DNA from: Octopus vulgaris
Taxonomy: Eukaryota
Length of the DNA stretch: 64,000 bases
Direction of reading: 5' to 3'
NCBI GenBank assembly: GCA_951406725.2
Contig: OX597817.1
Location: forward strand, 144,956,001-145,020,000
This document shows positions 62,143 through 64,000 of the stretch, one piece after another. How positions within the stretch are numbered: the first letter of the stretch is position 1; every line of letters begins with the position of its first letter. Both the position numbers and the translations under genes were made by a program. Under the pieces are notes generated by a model. That model saw only the letters and a program-made list of their open reading frames with translations, had not been told where the DNA came from and did no database searches.

Positions 62143-63430
62143 ATAAGGCAGTGAGCTGGCAGAATTGTTAGCAAACCAGGCAAAATGCTTAATGGTGTTT
62201 CGCCCATCTTTATGTTCTGAGTTCAAATTCTACTGAGTTCAACTTTGCTTTACAGCCTTTCAGGGTTGATAAAATAAGTACCAGTTGAACACTGGGGTCA
62301 ATATAATCAACTTACCCCTCCCCAAAACTGCTTGTCTTCTGGTTATTATTATTATTATTAACCCTTTTGATACCAACCCGACTGAAACCACCTCAGGCTC
62401 TCTAGTACAAATGGCTTGTTTTCAGAAGTTCCGAATTGAAGATTTTCCACCAAACCTTAATCACAATTTATGTTCCTAACACCAGCTGAATGATAACTAA
62501 GTTATCTTACTAATTTCTTTGTTATGTTTAAAGTTAATTGAAAGAGCATCTCAACAGAAATATGGTAAGAAAAGAGTTAAAGTAGTAAGCTGGCAGAATC
62601 GTTAACATACTGGGCAAAATATTTAGTGGCATTTCCTGCCTCTTTACATTCGGAGTTCAAATGTCTCCGAGGTCAACTTCACATTATGTCCTTTTGGGGT
62701 GGTCAACAACTTAAGTACTGGTCAAGCACTGGGGTCGATGTAATCAACTTGGCCTTTACCCCAAAATTTCAGGCCTTATGTCTATAATAGAAAGGATTAT
62801 TATTATTGGAATAAGCTGGCAAAATCATTACTCTTTACATTCTGAGCTCAAATTCTACTAAGGTGGACTTAGCCTTTCATTCTTTTGGTGTTGATAAATT
62901 TAGTACCAGTTGCACACTGGGCTCAATGGCATAATCTAGACCTATTGCTCCCAAATTTCTGGCCTTGTGCATATAGTAGACTGGATTATTAATTTTAGTA
63001 TTATGATGAAAGGTGGTGGATTAGCAGAATAATTAAAAGTGTTGGAGAAAATTCCTTACAGCATTTACCTGCAAATGTTTACGTTCCGAGTTCAAATCTC
63101 ACCAAGGTAAACATTGTCTTTTTAGACCTCCAGAGTCAAAATAAAATACCAAACAAGTACTACAGAAATTTAGTTGACTAACCCCCTCCCTGCAAGTTCC
63201 TGGTTTTGCACTGTATTGTTTCTAATTTAGACACAAGGCCATAAATTTTGAAGGGAGGTGTTTAGTCATTTATATCAATTTTAGGATTTCGCTGGTACTT
63301 TATTTTAACAACTTGGAGAAAATGAAAGACAAAGTTGACCGTGGCAAGATTTGAACCCAGAATCTAAAGACTCAGAAGAAATATCACCAGGCAATTAATT
63401 TGTCCAAAGCTCTAATGATTCTGCCAAACC
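62143..63430. mobile_element. Cluster of SINE family C copies (mostly +, one minus at ~63225-63430) with a piggyBac MITE at ~62358-62580
   Basis: Repeated gctggcagaat...gagttcaaattc...taagtaccag motifs. Confidence 0.75.
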
Positions 63431-63509
63431 ACAATTTTGCTTATATTAGAACCACTTTTTGTTATCAGAGAAGTATTAAGGTAATGAACTAGCCGAATCA
63501 TTAGCATGT

Positions 63510-63868
63510 ATGATAAGAAGCCTGCTTCCCAATCACATGGTTCTGGGTTCAGTCTCACTCACTGTGTGGCACCTTTGGCAAGTGTCTTGGGCCAACCAAA
63601 GCCTTGTGAGTGGATTTGGTAGACGGAAACTGAAAGAAGCCTGTCATCGATATGTGTGTGTTTGTGTCTGTTTGTCCCATCCACCATCACTTGACAACCG
63701 ATATTGGTATGTTTATGTCCCCGTAACTTAGCAGTTTGGCAAAAGAGAAAGATAGAATAAGTACTAGGCTTACAAAGAATAAGTCCTGGGTTTGATTTGT
63801 TCGACTAAAGGTGGTGCCCCAGCATGGCTGCAACCAAATGACTGAAATAAGTAAAAGAATAAAAGAAA
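63510..63868 (+). mobile_element. SINE family A
   Basis: Head, body and tail match. Confidence 0.85.
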
Positions 63869-64000
63869 AAATGCTCAGTGGCACAGCCATCTTCACATTC
63901 TGAGTTCAAATTCTGCCAAGGTCAACTTTGTCATTCATCTTTTTGGGGTCAATGAAATAAGTATTGTGGTCAATGTAATTGGCTATCCCCTTCCCTCAAA

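Overview
AT-rich, repeat-saturated eukaryotic DNA. The repeat complement (tRNA-headed SINEs, RTE, R4/Dong, CR1-like and Penelope-like fragments set in TA/CA/TAA microsatellites) looks like an octopus (coleoid cephalopod) genome; this is inferred from recognised repeat sequence, not from a search. I can support only one host-gene exon: an 83-nt internal exon at 23579-23661 (+) encoding the end of a WW domain and the inter-WW linker (HDTETTDWIDPRLSHLHKSQTEDYSDD), most similar to MAGI-family scaffolds. The rest therefore appears to be two very large introns. Nearly all ORFs in the supplied track are microsatellite or SINE artefacts. The real coding remnants are transposon fragments: CR1-like ORF2 end, Penelope GIY-YIG, RTE ORF ends, R4/Dong restriction-like endonuclease and mariner transposase ends. 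The most interesting signals are RNA-structural: (i) a ~585-bp non-coding retroposon with a target-site duplication whose 5' end folds like an HDV-type ribozyme; (ii) a set of minimal hammerhead motifs in Penelope-type termini, including a family-wide non-canonical core, an inverted pair, and one attached to a tRNA-like SINE head; (iii) SINE 3' tails that match LINE 3' ends present in the same window, one with a compensatory-change hairpin; (iv) many long intronic inverted repeats. Repeat boundaries were read by eye and are approximate.
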